Shown here piece by piece: positions 26,972 to 36,599 of a DNA stretch of 64,000 nucleotides. The stretch is from Candidatus Lindowbacteria bacterium RIFCSPLOWO2_12_FULL_62_27 (GTDB lineage: Bacteria > Lindowbacteria > 2-12-FULL-62-27), in the NCBI GenBank assembly GCA_001784175.1, contig MFPR01000033.1, positions 62,001 to 126,000 of the forward strand. The letters are read 5' to 3'. A program made the position numbers and the translations under genes. Positions within the stretch are counted from its first letter, which is position 1. Each line of letters begins with the position of its first letter. Below the pieces are notes generated by a model. That model was not told the DNA's origin, did not search any database, and was given only the letters and a program-made list of their open reading frames with translations.

Positions 26972-28081
26972 ATGATCAAGGCCTACTCGTGCCGCGTCTG
27001 CGAATCGGCCTGGCCCTACGGCGGCGCCTATTGCCGGCGCTGCGGCGTCCTCGGGCCGCCGCTCGGCCGCACGCAACCCTGGCGCGTCGCGCTCCTCTCG
27101 GTTTTGGCACTCGGGTTGATCGTGGCGGCCGCGATCGGAGTTTGGCGATGGTGGCCGAAATCCGCGCCGGGCGGCGTTGCGCTGGAAACGATGAGTTTCG
27201 TCGTGACGCCCCAGGGCAAAGTCCACCGGTTCAATTGCTGGCTGGTCCGGAGAACCGCGGCCGAAAAGCTGTCGAACTTTCCGACGATCCATTCGGTGCG
27301 AGCCGCCGGGCATCAAAATGACTGCGGGTTCTGCCGCCCCGGCACGCCGCTCCCAACGGCGCTCGAAGGCTTCACGTTCGGCGCCGTCCCCTCGACCGGG
27401 AACGTCCATACCGTCCTGTGCTACTGGATCTATCGGTCGAGCGAAGCGCCGAAAGGCTATACCTCGCTGGACGCCGCCGTCCGGGACGGATTCCGGCCCT
27501 GCACGCTCTGCATGCCGGGCGGGGTAGCGCCTACGGCGCCCGGCGACGGCGCAGACGATTCTCAGAAATGGGCCGAGATCATCGGCCCCACGTGGGACTC
27601 CGAACTCTGGTACGCCTACGTCTTGAAGGAGGTCGAATTCCCAAACACGCCCGTGGACGAATTTTTCAAATCGCTCGGCGTTGAAGGATGGAATCCCCGC
27701 TGGACGCCGATCCTCCGCGACAAGGACGGCCGGCCCCGGGCGCTCATCCTCTCGCTGCCGCGCACGAAAATCGACCGGGCGATCCAGAGCAGGTTTTATG
27801 CCGGCGTCATCAAGAAGAAATATACAGACGAAAATTTGCGGCCCGGCATGTGGGTCTACCTCATCGAGATCAAACGCGACGTGCCCGGCAAGCCCGACGT
27901 GACAGACCCGCGGGTCCGCGTCAAAGGGAAACTGCTCCGCGTGGCCGAATTCGACGCCGGCCGGATCAGCGCCTCCGGCGCCCCAAGTGCCGGCGTCTCC
28001 GACGCCGGCCAATTCCGGACCCGGTGGCCCGAATCGGAAGCAGGGCGGACGTTGAGCTTGGAACAACTTTATAATGAGTGA
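26972..28081 (+). CDS. Kinase-less Zn ribbon + TM + two Ada-like metal-binding modules + unknown domain
   Basis: [32 protein letters not shown] and [24 protein letters not shown]. Confidence 0.72.
   Translation: MIKAYSCRVCESAWPYGGAYCRRCGVLGPPLGRTQPWRVALLSVLALGLIVAAAIGVWRWWPKSAPGGVALETMSFVVTPQGKVHRFNCWLVRRTAAEKLSNFPTIHSVRAAGHQNDCGFCRPGTPLPTALEGFTFGAVPSTGNVHTVLCYWIYRSSEAPKGYTSLDAAVRDGFRPCTLCMPGGVAPTAPGDGADDSQKWAEIIGPTWDSELWYAYVLKEVEFPNTPVDEFFKSLGVEGWNPRWTPILRDKDGRPRALILSLPRTKIDRAIQSRFYAGVIKKKYTDENLRPGMWVYLIEIKRDVPGKPDVTDPRVRVKGKLLRVAEFDAGRISASGAPSAGVSDAGQFRTRWPESEAGRTLSLEQLYNE
27953..28010 (+). repeat. Palindromic repeat family A near the 3' end of 26972-28081
   Basis: GACGCCGGCCGGATCAGCGCCTCCGGCGCCCCAAGTGCCGGCGTCTCCGACGCCGGCC. 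Confidence 0.85.
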
Positions 28082-28104
28082 AAGGACTGATAAACTTGCG
28101 GTCT

Positions 28105-28707
28105 ATGCCGAATAAGAGAACCAAGAAACATCGGGATCATTCTGAAAAACACAATCACCCGCACGCGCACGGCGCAACGCACGACGAGTTCGTGCCGGTG
28201 CGCGTCGCGGTCCTCGCGGTGAGCGACACGCGCGATTTCGATTCGGACAAGTCCGGCGCGCTGATTTGCGAGCGACTGACGGCGGCAGGACACACGGTGG
28301 CGGACCGCAAGATATGCAAGGACGAGCAGGCGGCCATCCGGCGGATCGTCCGAGGATGGGCGAGTGACCCGCGCGTGGATTTTGCGATCGTGACCGGCGG
28401 CACCGGCGTGACCGGCCGGGACGTGACGCCGGACGCCGTCCGGCCGCTCTTCACGAAGCACATCCCGGGATTCGGCGAATTGTTCCGCTTCCTCTCCTAC
28501 AGCGAAATCGGCTCGTCCACGATCCAGTCCCGGGCGGACGCCGGGCTTGTGCGCGACACGCTCGTCTTCATCCTCCCCGGCTCCACCGGCGCCTGCCGGC
28601 TCGCGATGGACAAAATCATCCTCGACCAACTTGACATCCGCCACCGGCCCTGCAACTTCGCGGAACTCTTGCCCCGCATCAAACACGATCCGGCGCCCGG
28701 TTCCTGA
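28105..28707 (+). CDS. moaB: Molybdenum cofactor biosynthesis protein B (MoaB/MogA family)
   Basis: [54 protein letters not shown]; His-rich N-terminus; start 28078 or 28105. Confidence 0.92.
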   Translation: MPNKRTKKHRDHSEKHNHPHAHGATHDEFVPVRVAVLAVSDTRDFDSDKSGALICERLTAAGHTVADRKICKDEQAAIRRIVRGWASDPRVDFAIVTGGTGVTGRDVTPDAVRPLFTKHIPGFGELFRFLSYSEIGSSTIQSRADAGLVRDTLVFILPGSTGACRLAMDKIILDQLDIRHRPCNFAELLPRIKHDPAPGS

Positions 28708-28730
28708 AATTTCACGCACTTCTCAGGTAT

Positions 28731-28776
28731 CCCCTTCTCCCGCCTATGGCGGGAAAGGGTCAGGGTGAGGGTGGCC
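28731..28776. repeat. Palindromic repeat family C
   Basis: CCCCTTCTCCCGCC-TAT-GGCGGGAAAGGG-TCAGGGTGAGGGTGGCC; sister at 46217-46264; supplies the nagZ stop. Confidence 0.75.
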
Positions 28777-29655
28777 CCTCCCGGCCAGCGCCCGCCACGC
28801 ACGGTCCTGAAGGTCCGGCTCTTTGCAGACGAGCAGGATCGAGCACCCGGCGTCGCGGGCGCGCGTCACCGCCTCCTCGATTCCGTACGCTTCCTGAATC
28901 GCGCCCATTTCGAGATCGTCGGAGAGAATTTCACGGTCAAATCCCATCTCGGCCTTCAACAAATCCGTGATGATTTTTTTTGACAGCGTCGCCGGCCCCG
29001 ACGGGTCCAGGTTCGTGTACACGATGTGCGAGATCATCACCGTGTCGACGCCGGCCGAAATCGCGCGGCGAAACGGCAGCAGGAATTTCTCCTGCTCCTG
29101 ACGCGTCACTGTGACTTTCGGTCCGGTTTCGTGCGGATCAAGCTCCGCCGGGCCGACGCCCGGAAAATGTTTGGCGCACGTCTGGATGCCGCCTTCGCGC
29201 ATTCCCCGAATGAACGCCTCGGCCATCTCGGATACCAGGTCCGGGTCCGGGCCGAAACAGCGGTCCACCATGCGCGGGTGGCTCGTCGGCGTCAGCACGT
29301 CCACCACGGGCGCGAGATTCAGATCAAAGCCCCAGTCTTTCAGAGCGCACGCCGCCGTCTTCGCAGCCTGCCGCATTTTCTCCGGGTCGCGCGCTTCGCC
29401 GAAAAGGCGCGGCGCCGGAAACGGCGGTAGCGCGTCCGGAAACCGCACGACCCGGCCACCCTCATGGTCGATCGCCAGCCGGCACTGCGGCCCGGCGATT
29501 TCCTTCGTGCGGCGGATGAGCGATTTGATCTGCGCGACCGATCTGAAATTTCTTGTAAAGAGAATGACCGACGCCGGACGGATCCGGTCCAGTCGCGCCT
29601 CATCGTCACGAGTAAGCTCCGGCCCCGGCAGCCCGATCATGAGAGGAGTCGTCAC
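28744..29655 (-). CDS. nagZ: beta-N-acetylhexosaminidase (GH3)
   Basis: VILFTRN, AIDHEGGRVVR, NLAPVVD, KHFPGVG..DPH, SDDLEMGA; GTG start overlaps the upstream stop. Confidence 0.88.
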   Translation of the reverse strand: MTTPLMIGLPGPELTRDDEARLDRIRPASVILFTRNFRSVAQIKSLIRRTKEIAGPQCRLAIDHEGGRVVRFPDALPPFPAPRLFGEARDPEKMRQAAKTAACALKDWGFDLNLAPVVDVLTPTSHPRMVDRCFGPDPDLVSEMAEAFIRGMREGGIQTCAKHFPGVGPAELDPHETGPKVTVTRQEQEKFLLPFRRAISAGVDTVMISHIVYTNLDPSGPATLSKKIITDLLKAEMGFDREILSDDLEMGAIQEAYGIEEAVTRARDAGCSILLVCKEPDLQDRAWRALAGRGHPHPDPFPP

Positions 29656-30533
29656 GGGTTGGAAATCCTTTCCGATATTTTGAGCACCGTGTCCACATAC
29701 AGCGGGCTGTGATTGTACCGCCAGATCACACGGCGCTGGGCGCGCGCCGCACGCCCCGGCCTCCAGCCGTTCTCCCGCAGATATCGGCAGACGCTTGCGA
29801 CCGAGTCCGTGTCGCTCGACAGATCCACCCGGCCGTCCCCGTCGCCGTCCGCGCCATAGGCGGCCAGCGCGGTCGGCATGAATTGCGGCAGGCCCAGCGC
29901 GCCCGCCCAGGATCCGCGGATCGCGAAGGCATCCTGCGCGGGCTGTCGAAGAATCCATTCGAGAAACGCCTTGAGTTCCTTGTAGGCCCACCGCCCGCGC
30001 GACTGCGCCCGGCGCCGGACCTCCGACGGCGTCAAATCCGGATACTGAGGTCGCAACGCCTCATAGCTTTTTTCAACCGCCGCATCATCCGCGCAGCTCG
30101 CGATCGTCGACAGCACATTCAGCACCGGCGCCTTGTCGCGCTCGCGGCCGCACTTGGTTTCCACGAGAAGAATCGCCACTACGATCTCCGCCGGAACCCC
30201 TGTGCGCGCCTCAAACCGCCGGAGCATCCCCCGGTGGAGTGCGAAATACGCTTGCGCGATCGCTAGGTTCTTCTCTGCGAGAAACGACCGGTACGCCGCC
30301 GTGTCCTCCACGTGCTTCAGATTGATCTGCGCGATCGCCGGCAGAAACTCACAGCGGGGATCGGAATACAGCGCGCCGACTTTTGCGCCGTCCAATCCGT
30401 CCGCCACCAGCCGCGCCGCGAGATCCCCAAACGGCGACTCGGCAGCGGTCGGGCTTCCGCACAAGAGACATACGACAGACGCCATCACCGCCGTCCGGCA
30501 ACCGATCACAATCATGGGCGTGGAATGTAGCAT
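29652..30533 (-). CDS. Lytic murein transglycosylase (MltB/SLT_2-like)
   Basis: GVPAEIVVAILLVET, GSWAGALGLPQFMP, DGDGDGRVDL, YNHS..YV; signal peptide. Confidence 0.88.
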   Translation of the reverse strand: MLHSTPMIVIGCRTAVMASVVCLLCGSPTAAESPFGDLAARLVADGLDGAKVGALYSDPRCEFLPAIAQINLKHVEDTAAYRSFLAEKNLAIAQAYFALHRGMLRRFEARTGVPAEIVVAILLVETKCGRERDKAPVLNVLSTIASCADDAAVEKSYEALRPQYPDLTPSEVRRRAQSRGRWAYKELKAFLEWILRQPAQDAFAIRGSWAGALGLPQFMPTALAAYGADGDGDGRVDLSSDTDSVASVCRYLRENGWRPGRAARAQRRVIWRYNHSPLYVDTVLKISERISNP

Positions 30534-30540
30534 AATTTTC

Positions 30541-30569
30541 TTGACCGCGCGCGGCGGCCAACGTACAAG
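30541..30569 (+). promoter_or_regulatory. Putative leaderless promoter for the ampG-like gene
   Basis: TTGACC-17 nt-TACAAG-6 nt-ATG. Confidence 0.45.
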
Positions 30570-30575
30570 CCCTTC

Positions 30576-31847
30576 ATGAAACGGGTGGCTTGGATTTACA
30601 TTCCGACGCTCTATTTCGCCGAGAGCCTCCCATACCAGATGGTCAACTTCGTCTCGACCGTCGTGTACAAGAGCATGGGCGTGGACAACGTCACGATCGG
30701 ATACACGTCCTACCTCTACCTGCCATGGGTCATCAAAATGTTCTGGGGGCCGGCGGTCGACCTCTATGCGACCAAACGCAACTGGATCCTCTCGATGCAG
30801 GGCCTCATGGCGGCGGCCTTCGCGGTCGCGGCGGTCGGAATTTTCTCGCCCGAGTATCTGACGATTACCCTGGTCGTCTTCACGATCGCGGCCTTCCTCT
30901 CGGCCACCAACGACATTGCGACCGACGGGTTTTACATGCTCGCGCTGTCGGCGGCGGACCAGGCGTTCTACGTCGGGATCCGGTCGCTCTTCTACCGCAT
31001 CGGTGCGATCTTCGCGACCGGGGCGCTCGTGGTCTGGGGCGGGAACCTGGAAAAATCAGCCGGAAACGTCCCGCAGGCCTGGTCGGTCATTTTCTGGACG
31101 GTCGCCGGAATCTTCCTCCTCCTGGCGATCGTTCATTTCCTGTATCTGCCCCGGCCCGTCACCGATGTGCGCGGCCGGCGAGAGGAAAGCCGCACGCCGC
31201 CGTTTCTCGACGTGTTCAAAAGTTACTTCCAGCGGCCGAGGATCGTCGCGATCGTGATGTTTATCCTCCTCTACCGCCTCGCCGAGGCCATGGTGGTGAA
31301 AATGCTCGTGCCGTTCATGAAGGACCCTCGGACCGCCGGCGGGCTCGGCCTCGAAACCGCAACCGTCGGGTACGCCTATGGGACCGTCGGCATCCTGAGC
31401 CTGGTCCTCGGCGGGCTGCTCGGCGGCTGGCTGATTTCCAGGTTCGGGCTTCGACGCTGCATCTGGCCCATGGCACTCGCACTCAACGCGCCGGACGTTG
31501 GATACATCTATCTGGCCAAAGCCGCCGAGCCGACGCTCACGGCGGTCTATTCGGTCGTCGCGATCGAACAATTCGGATATGGGCTTGGATTCACGGCATT
31601 CATGGTCTTTCTCATGTACACGAGCCGCGGCGCATACCAGACGGCGCACTACGCGATTTCAACGGGTCTCATGGCCCTCGGCATGATGGGGCCGGGCATC
31701 ATCAGCGGCAAGCTTCAGCAGGCGCTGGGCTATGAACAGTTCTTCGTGATGATCCTGATCGTATCCATCCCCGGAATGCTCGTCATTCCCTTTCTGCCGC
31801 TGGAGGACCGTCCGCAGGAGGTTCCAAAGGACATCGATCTGAATTAG
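30576..31847 (+). CDS. AmpG-like MFS permease (muropeptide transporter family)
   Basis: About 12 TM segments; LYFAESLP, LPWVIKMFWGPAVD, SATNDIATDG; divergent from nagZ and the transglycosylase. Confidence 0.82.
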   Translation: MKRVAWIYIPTLYFAESLPYQMVNFVSTVVYKSMGVDNVTIGYTSYLYLPWVIKMFWGPAVDLYATKRNWILSMQGLMAAAFAVAAVGIFSPEYLTITLVVFTIAAFLSATNDIATDGFYMLALSAADQAFYVGIRSLFYRIGAIFATGALVVWGGNLEKSAGNVPQAWSVIFWTVAGIFLLLAIVHFLYLPRPVTDVRGRREESRTPPFLDVFKSYFQRPRIVAIVMFILLYRLAEAMVVKMLVPFMKDPRTAGGLGLETATVGYAYGTVGILSLVLGGLLGGWLISRFGLRRCIWPMALALNAPDVGYIYLAKAAEPTLTAVYSVVAIEQFGYGLGFTAFMVFLMYTSRGAYQTAHYAISTGLMALGMMGPGIISGKLQQALGYEQFFVMILIVSIPGMLVIPFLPLEDRPQEVPKDIDLN

Positions 31848-32317
31848 AGGCTTGGTTTGTTCCGGCTCACCGGACCGCACGTCATGCACACGCCTTCGAA
31901 TTCCAGCTTGTGGTCCGCCACGACGAATTTGTACTTTCGCCGAAAGAGCTTCTCGAGCTTCGACAGCTCCGATTCGAGAAGATCGAATTCGTCGAAGTTG
32001 ATCACCTTCCCGCAATGCTTGCAGATCAGGTGGTGGTGGTGCACCATGAATCGCTCGGACAGTTCATACTGCGCGGGACCGTTGTCCACCACAATTTTTC
32101 GGCAGATCCGCAGCTTGCAAAAAAGGTTCAGGACACGGTACACCGTCGACGCGTCGATTCGCACCTTGCCCAAGAGCTGATGGATCTCATCGGCGTCAAG
32201 ATGTGTGGGCGTCTCCGCCAGCGCCTTCGCGACATCGTAGCGGGGACCGGTCAGAAAATAGCCTTTCGCCTTGATGAAGCCCCGGATGTTTTTCAGCATT
32301 TCCTCGACGGGTTGCAT
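31844..32317 (-). CDS. Fur-family transcriptional regulator
   Basis: HLDADEI, STVYRVL, HHHHLICKHCGKV, GVCMTC; start MQPVEE. Confidence 0.9.
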   Translation of the reverse strand: MQPVEEMLKNIRGFIKAKGYFLTGPRYDVAKALAETPTHLDADEIHQLLGKVRIDASTVYRVLNLFCKLRICRKIVVDNGPAQYELSERFMVHHHHLICKHCGKVINFDEFDLLESELSKLEKLFRRKYKFVVADHKLEFEGVCMTCGPVSRNKPSL

Positions 32318-32324
32318 GCGGTAT

Positions 32325-32353
32325 AATGTAAATAAGGGCGTAATCCATGTAAA
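32325..32353 (-). promoter_or_regulatory. Leaderless promoter for the fur-like gene; overlaps a plus-strand TATAAT (32322-32327)
   Basis: Minus strand TTTACA-17 nt-TACATT-7 nt-ATG. Confidence 0.55.
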
Positions 32354-32359
32354 GAGAGG

Positions 32360-34003
32360 ATGGGAATGAAAAAAAGGATATCGATCGGACAATATCTCAT
32401 CCACCGGCTGGTCCAGCATGACGTCGGGCACATGTTCGGCATTCCGGGCGACTACATTCTCAAGTTCTATGACCTGCTCGAACACAGCCCGATCCGGACG
32501 GTCGTCACGACCCGCGAGGATTCCGCCGGCTTCGCCGCCGATGCCTACGCGCGCGTCCGCGGCATCGGCGCGGTCTGCGTCACCTACTGCGTCGGCGGAT
32601 TCAACGTGTCCAACCCCGTGGCCGGCGCATTTGCGGAAAAATCGCCGGTCATTGTGGTCTCGGGGTCGCCCGGCATGAAAGAGCGCGTCCACAATCCCCT
32701 CCTCCATCACAAGGTCCGCGATTTCAACACCCAGAAGGAGGTTTTTGACAAACTCACGATCGACTCGGCCGTGCTCGACGATCCCCGCACGGCCGGCGCT
32801 GAGATCGACCGCGTTCTGGACTCGGCCACACGGCATAAACGCCCGGTCTACATCGAAATTCCTCGGGACATGATCGATGTGCCCATCCCGGCGCCCGGCC
32901 GGCTCGAGATCCGGCGGGAACGGAGCGATCCCGATTCATTGAAAGAGGCGGTCTCGGAGGCGGTCCGCATGATCAACGGCGCCAAACGGCCCGTAATCCT
33001 CGCCGATGTCGAGCTCCACCGGTTCGGCCTCCAGCCCCTCCTCGTCCGGCTGGCCGACAAGACCCGCATCCCCGTCGCGGCCACGCTGCTCGGGAAATCG
33101 GTCATCAGCGAAAAAAATCCCAACTACATCGGCATCTACGAAGGCGCCATGGGCCGCGAGGAGGTCCGGCTCTTCGTCGAATCCTCCGACTGCGTCATCA
33201 TGCTCGGGACGGTCCTCACCGACATCAACCTCGGGATCTTCACCGCCAAACTCGACCGCGGCGTCTGCATCGAGGCGACATCGGAGAAAATCGCGATCCG
33301 CCACCACGCATTCGAGAATGTGCAGTTCCGCGAATTCCTCCTCGCGCTCCTCCGCGCGCCGCTCCACCGCCGCCCGCAGCACGGCCACCCGAATCCTACC
33401 GAAGGCATGAACGAGTATCGAATCCGGCCCGAGGCGCCCATCACGGTCAACCGCTGTTTTCAGCGGCTGAACGCCTTCCTGAAGGACGACATGGTCGTGA
33501 TCGCCGACATCGGAGACGCGCTCTTCGGCGCGTCGGACCTCGTGATCCACCGCCGCACCGAGTTTTTGTCGCCGGCCTATTACACGTCCATGGGATTCGC
33601 CGTGCCGGCCGCGCTCGGCGCGCAGCTTGCCAATCCGCATCTTCGGCCGCTCGTCCTCGTCGGAGACGGCGCGTTTCAGATGACCGGCATGGAACTCTCC
33701 ACCATCCAGCGGCTCGGCCTTTCGCCGATCGTCATCGTCCTGAACAACCACGGATACGCGACCGAACGCCAGATTCACGACGGACCGTACAACGACATCA
33801 CCGAATGGGCCTACCACCGCCTGCCGGAGATCATTCCGGGAGGGAGAGGCTTCAAAGTCAAAACGGAGGGCGCGTTCGATCACGCCCTCAAAGCGGCGCT
33901 GGCCAACCGCCGGTCCTTCACGCTCATCAACGTCATCCTCGATAAATTCGACCGCTCCATCGCGATGGAACGTATCGCCAAACGGCTCGCAAAAAAAGTG
34001 TGA
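32360..34003 (+). CDS. TPP-dependent alpha-keto acid decarboxylase (PDC/IpdC family)
   Basis: FGIPGDY, AADAYAR, LLHH, TPP motif GDGAFQMT..LNNHGY. Confidence 0.92.
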   Translation: MGMKKRISIGQYLIHRLVQHDVGHMFGIPGDYILKFYDLLEHSPIRTVVTTREDSAGFAADAYARVRGIGAVCVTYCVGGFNVSNPVAGAFAEKSPVIVVSGSPGMKERVHNPLLHHKVRDFNTQKEVFDKLTIDSAVLDDPRTAGAEIDRVLDSATRHKRPVYIEIPRDMIDVPIPAPGRLEIRRERSDPDSLKEAVSEAVRMINGAKRPVILADVELHRFGLQPLLVRLADKTRIPVAATLLGKSVISEKNPNYIGIYEGAMGREEVRLFVESSDCVIMLGTVLTDINLGIFTAKLDRGVCIEATSEKIAIRHHAFENVQFREFLLALLRAPLHRRPQHGHPNPTEGMNEYRIRPEAPITVNRCFQRLNAFLKDDMVVIADIGDALFGASDLVIHRRTEFLSPAYYTSMGFAVPAALGAQLANPHLRPLVLVGDGAFQMTGMELSTIQRLGLSPIVIVLNNHGYATERQIHDGPYNDITEWAYHRLPEIIPGGRGFKVKTEGAFDHALKAALANRRSFTLINVILDKFDRSIAMERIAKRLAKKV

Positions 34004-34094
34004 CACGGGCGGCCTACGAAAATGCGCTCGATGATTTACAGGAGTCGCCCGGCCTTCGTTGACAACACGATTTCGTTCAGGATAAAACGCTCTC

Positions 34095-34748
34095 ATGGCC
34101 AAGGAAACCACCGGGGAACTGCCGGCAGTTCTCCTTTCTCCGAAAAACCTCTCCATCACCATCGTCCGCCTGTCCGCCGAGGACCTGACCTTCGAGTCGC
34201 CGGAACCGTTCGCGCCTCGTAGCCGCGTCCGCGTGCAGGTCCGGCTGGGCGAGGACCGCACGCTGATGGAATTTGACGCGGAAATTGTATCGAGCGAGGA
34301 CACGGAAGGCGCGGTCTTTTGCGATGCGCGCCTCTCCGACCCGCCGCCCGCAGTCCGGCGCAGGCTCGTCACGTTTATCGACGACATCGTCCGCGAGGAA
34401 TACTTGAAGGAAGTCCAGGCCGGCGACGAGATTTTTAAGGAGGGCGAAACGTCCACTCACATTTATTATATCGCCCTCGGACGGTTTGTCGTGGACAAGG
34501 GCGGCGAAAAAATCGCGGAGATTTCCGAGGAAGACCAGTTCGTCGGCGAAATGTCGTTCCTCCTCGGCTTGCCGCGCACCGCCACCGTGACGGCGCTCAC
34601 CGATTCGCTCATCATGGCGGTCCCGGCGGACGTCTTTCAGAAAAGCCTCTCCGAAAATCCAAGGATGGGAATCGAACTTGCCAAACTCCTCGCCAAACGG
34701 CTCGCCAGCACCAGCCAGCACCTCGCCCAGTCGTTGCACCACACTTAA
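34095..34748 (+). CDS. PilZ-like + cyclic-nucleotide-binding domain protein
   Basis: C-terminal [30 protein letters not shown]-terminal beta-barrel pattern resembling PilZ. Confidence 0.75.
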   Translation: MAKETTGELPAVLLSPKNLSITIVRLSAEDLTFESPEPFAPRSRVRVQVRLGEDRTLMEFDAEIVSSEDTEGAVFCDARLSDPPPAVRRRLVTFIDDIVREEYLKEVQAGDEIFKEGETSTHIYYIALGRFVVDKGGEKIAEISEEDQFVGEMSFLLGLPRTATVTALTDSLIMAVPADVFQKSLSENPRMGIELAKLLAKRLASTSQHLAQSLHHT

Positions 34749-34769
34749 AAGCGTCGCGCATCCTTCCGA

Positions 34770-35513
34770 ATGACGCCCGCCGACCATCTCATCCTGTTTG
34801 TGACGGGCCTCACCGCCGCATCTTTCAGCACGCTGATCGGCGGCGGAACACTGCTCACGGTCCCGGTCCTGATCCTCCTCCAGGTCCCGGCCCACACGGC
34901 CGTGGCGACGAACCGGATCGGCGTGTTCGGGCTCGCCATTACCGGCTGGGTCGCCTTCCAGCAACAGGGCCTCATCCGCCATTCCCTCTCGTGGGCCCTC
35001 GGTCTGGCCTGCGGAGTCGGCGCGATCTTCGGCACGATGATCCTCCTGTCGATCTCCGAGGCGGCGCTGAAAGGCTTCATCGCGGCGGTCAGCGTGCTTC
35101 TTCTGATCTTTACGGCCTTGCAAAAAGAAATCGGCGTCGCGGCCCCGCCGAAGCGCGGGGCGGTCCGCTGGGCCGTGGGCCTGCCGCTCGCCGTCGTGCT
35201 GGGCGCGTACGGCAGCGTGTACGGCGCGGGGCTTGGGACGTTTCTCACGTATCTGCTCGTCATTCTGTTCGGCCAGACGTTTCTGCAAAGCGCCGGCACC
35301 CGCAAAGTCGCCATCGGTATGCAGGCCATCGTCTCCTCCATATTATATTATCGCGCCAACCTCATTCACTGGCCGTCCGCAGCCAACCTCTTTGTCAGCA
35401 TGGGGATCGGCTCCTATCTGGGCGCTCGCTACGGCACGAGACTCGGCAACGTCTGGATTCGGCGCGCCTTCATGACGCTCGCCGCCGTCCTCAGTCTGAA
35501 AATCCTGCTGTGA
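34770..35513 (+). CDS. TauE/SafE-family membrane transporter
   Basis: [30 protein letters not shown]; about 8 TM segments. Confidence 0.85.
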   Translation: MTPADHLILFVTGLTAASFSTLIGGGTLLTVPVLILLQVPAHTAVATNRIGVFGLAITGWVAFQQQGLIRHSLSWALGLACGVGAIFGTMILLSISEAALKGFIAAVSVLLLIFTALQKEIGVAAPPKRGAVRWAVGLPLAVVLGAYGSVYGAGLGTFLTYLLVILFGQTFLQSAGTRKVAIGMQAIVSSILYYRANLIHWPSAANLFVSMGIGSYLGARYGTRLGNVWIRRAFMTLAAVLSLKILL

Positions 35514-36532
35514 GCGCCGCCCGCATCCGCCTCAACGGAAAGGACCATACGGTCGCAGACGGCGCCACCATCGCCGAGTTGCTCGATGAATTGAAATTGC
35601 CGCCGGAAGGTGTCGCGGTCGCGGTCAACGAAACAGTCGTCGCCCGCGCCGATCATGCGCGCGCCCGGATCAGGGAGGGCGACACCGTCGAAATCATACA
35701 CGCCGTCGGCGGTGGCGCCCCAGCGCCCGAAATGGTATTGTCCCGCATCATGGAAGAGGAACCGTTGAAAATCGGGGAGAGGACCTTCAAGTCACGGCTG
35801 ATCCTCGGAACAGGCAAGTATCCCTCCAATGAGGTCATGGTTCAGGCGCTCGAGGCCGCAGGGACCGAGATCGTCACGGTCGCCATACGGCGCGTCGACC
35901 TCAAGGACACGTCCGGCAAATCTTTTCTGAACCACATCGACCGCCGCCGATACGCGATCCTTCCGAACACCGCCGGTTGTTTCACCGCCAAGGACGCGAT
36001 CCTCACCTGCCAGTTGGCGCGCGAGGCCCTCAATACTTCGATGGTCAAACTCGAAGTCATCGGGGACGAGAAAACGCTGTTCCCGAATAATGAGGCCACG
36101 CTCGAAGCGGCCCGGGTCTTGGTCAAGGAAGGATTCACCGTCCTCCCCTACTCCATCGACGACCCGGTCGTGTGCCGGAAACTCCAGGACATCGGGTGCG
36201 CCGCCGTGATGCCGCTCGCCGCGCCCATCGGATCAGGGCTCGGGATCAGAAATCCTTTTAACCTGCAGATTATCCTCGAACAGGCCGCCGTCCCGGTCAT
36301 CGTCGACGCCGGCGTCGGCACCGCATCCGACGCCGCCGTCGCCATGGAACTCGGGTGCGACGGCGTCCTCATGAACACCGCCATCGCCGGCGCCAAAGAT
36401 CCGGTCGCCATGGCCGCCGCCATGCGAATGGCAATCGAAGCCGGCCGACTCGCCCACCGGGCCGGCCGCATCCCGCGAAAATTGTATGCGTCCGCGTCCA
36501 GCCCCATCGAGGGCGTCGTCCACGCGAATTAA
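35510..36532 (+). CDS. thiG: ThiS-ThiG fusion (sulfur carrier + thiazole synthase)
   Basis: [24 protein letters not shown] runs with no stop into [36 protein letters not shown]. Confidence 0.92.
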   Translation: MSAARIRLNGKDHTVADGATIAELLDELKLPPEGVAVAVNETVVARADHARARIREGDTVEIIHAVGGGAPAPEMVLSRIMEEEPLKIGERTFKSRLILGTGKYPSNEVMVQALEAAGTEIVTVAIRRVDLKDTSGKSFLNHIDRRRYAILPNTAGCFTAKDAILTCQLAREALNTSMVKLEVIGDEKTLFPNNEATLEAARVLVKEGFTVLPYSIDDPVVCRKLQDIGCAAVMPLAAPIGSGLGIRNPFNLQIILEQAAVPVIVDAGVGTASDAAVAMELGCDGVLMNTAIAGAKDPVAMAAAMRMAIEAGRLAHRAGRIPRKLYASASSPIEGVVHAN

Positions 36533-36539
36533 TTCAACC

Positions 36540-36573
36540 CCTCCCCCCTTGTGGGGGAGGCTGGGTGGGGGGT
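36540..36573. repeat. Palindromic repeat family D (identical 34-mer)
   Basis: CCTCCCCCCTTGTGGGGGAGGCTGGGTGGGGGGT; identical at 44042-44075 and 59003-59036. Confidence 0.9.
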
Positions 36574-36599
36574 CATTTTTTCCAGCAGTTCGCCTGGCA

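Noticed and set aside
1049-28010. Repeat family A as a CRISPR array
   Set aside because: Dispersed, intragenic, no unique spacers, no cas genes
28105-28190. His-rich MoaB N-terminus as a novel metal-binding module
   Set aside because: Short low-complexity His tails are common on MoaB/MogA proteins; no further support
32318-32836. N-terminal extension of the Fur ORF (likewise 34991-35509 on thiS-thiG, 29656-29991 on nagZ, 43079-43396 on thiE)
   Set aside because: These overlap neighbouring real genes; homology starts at the later codons
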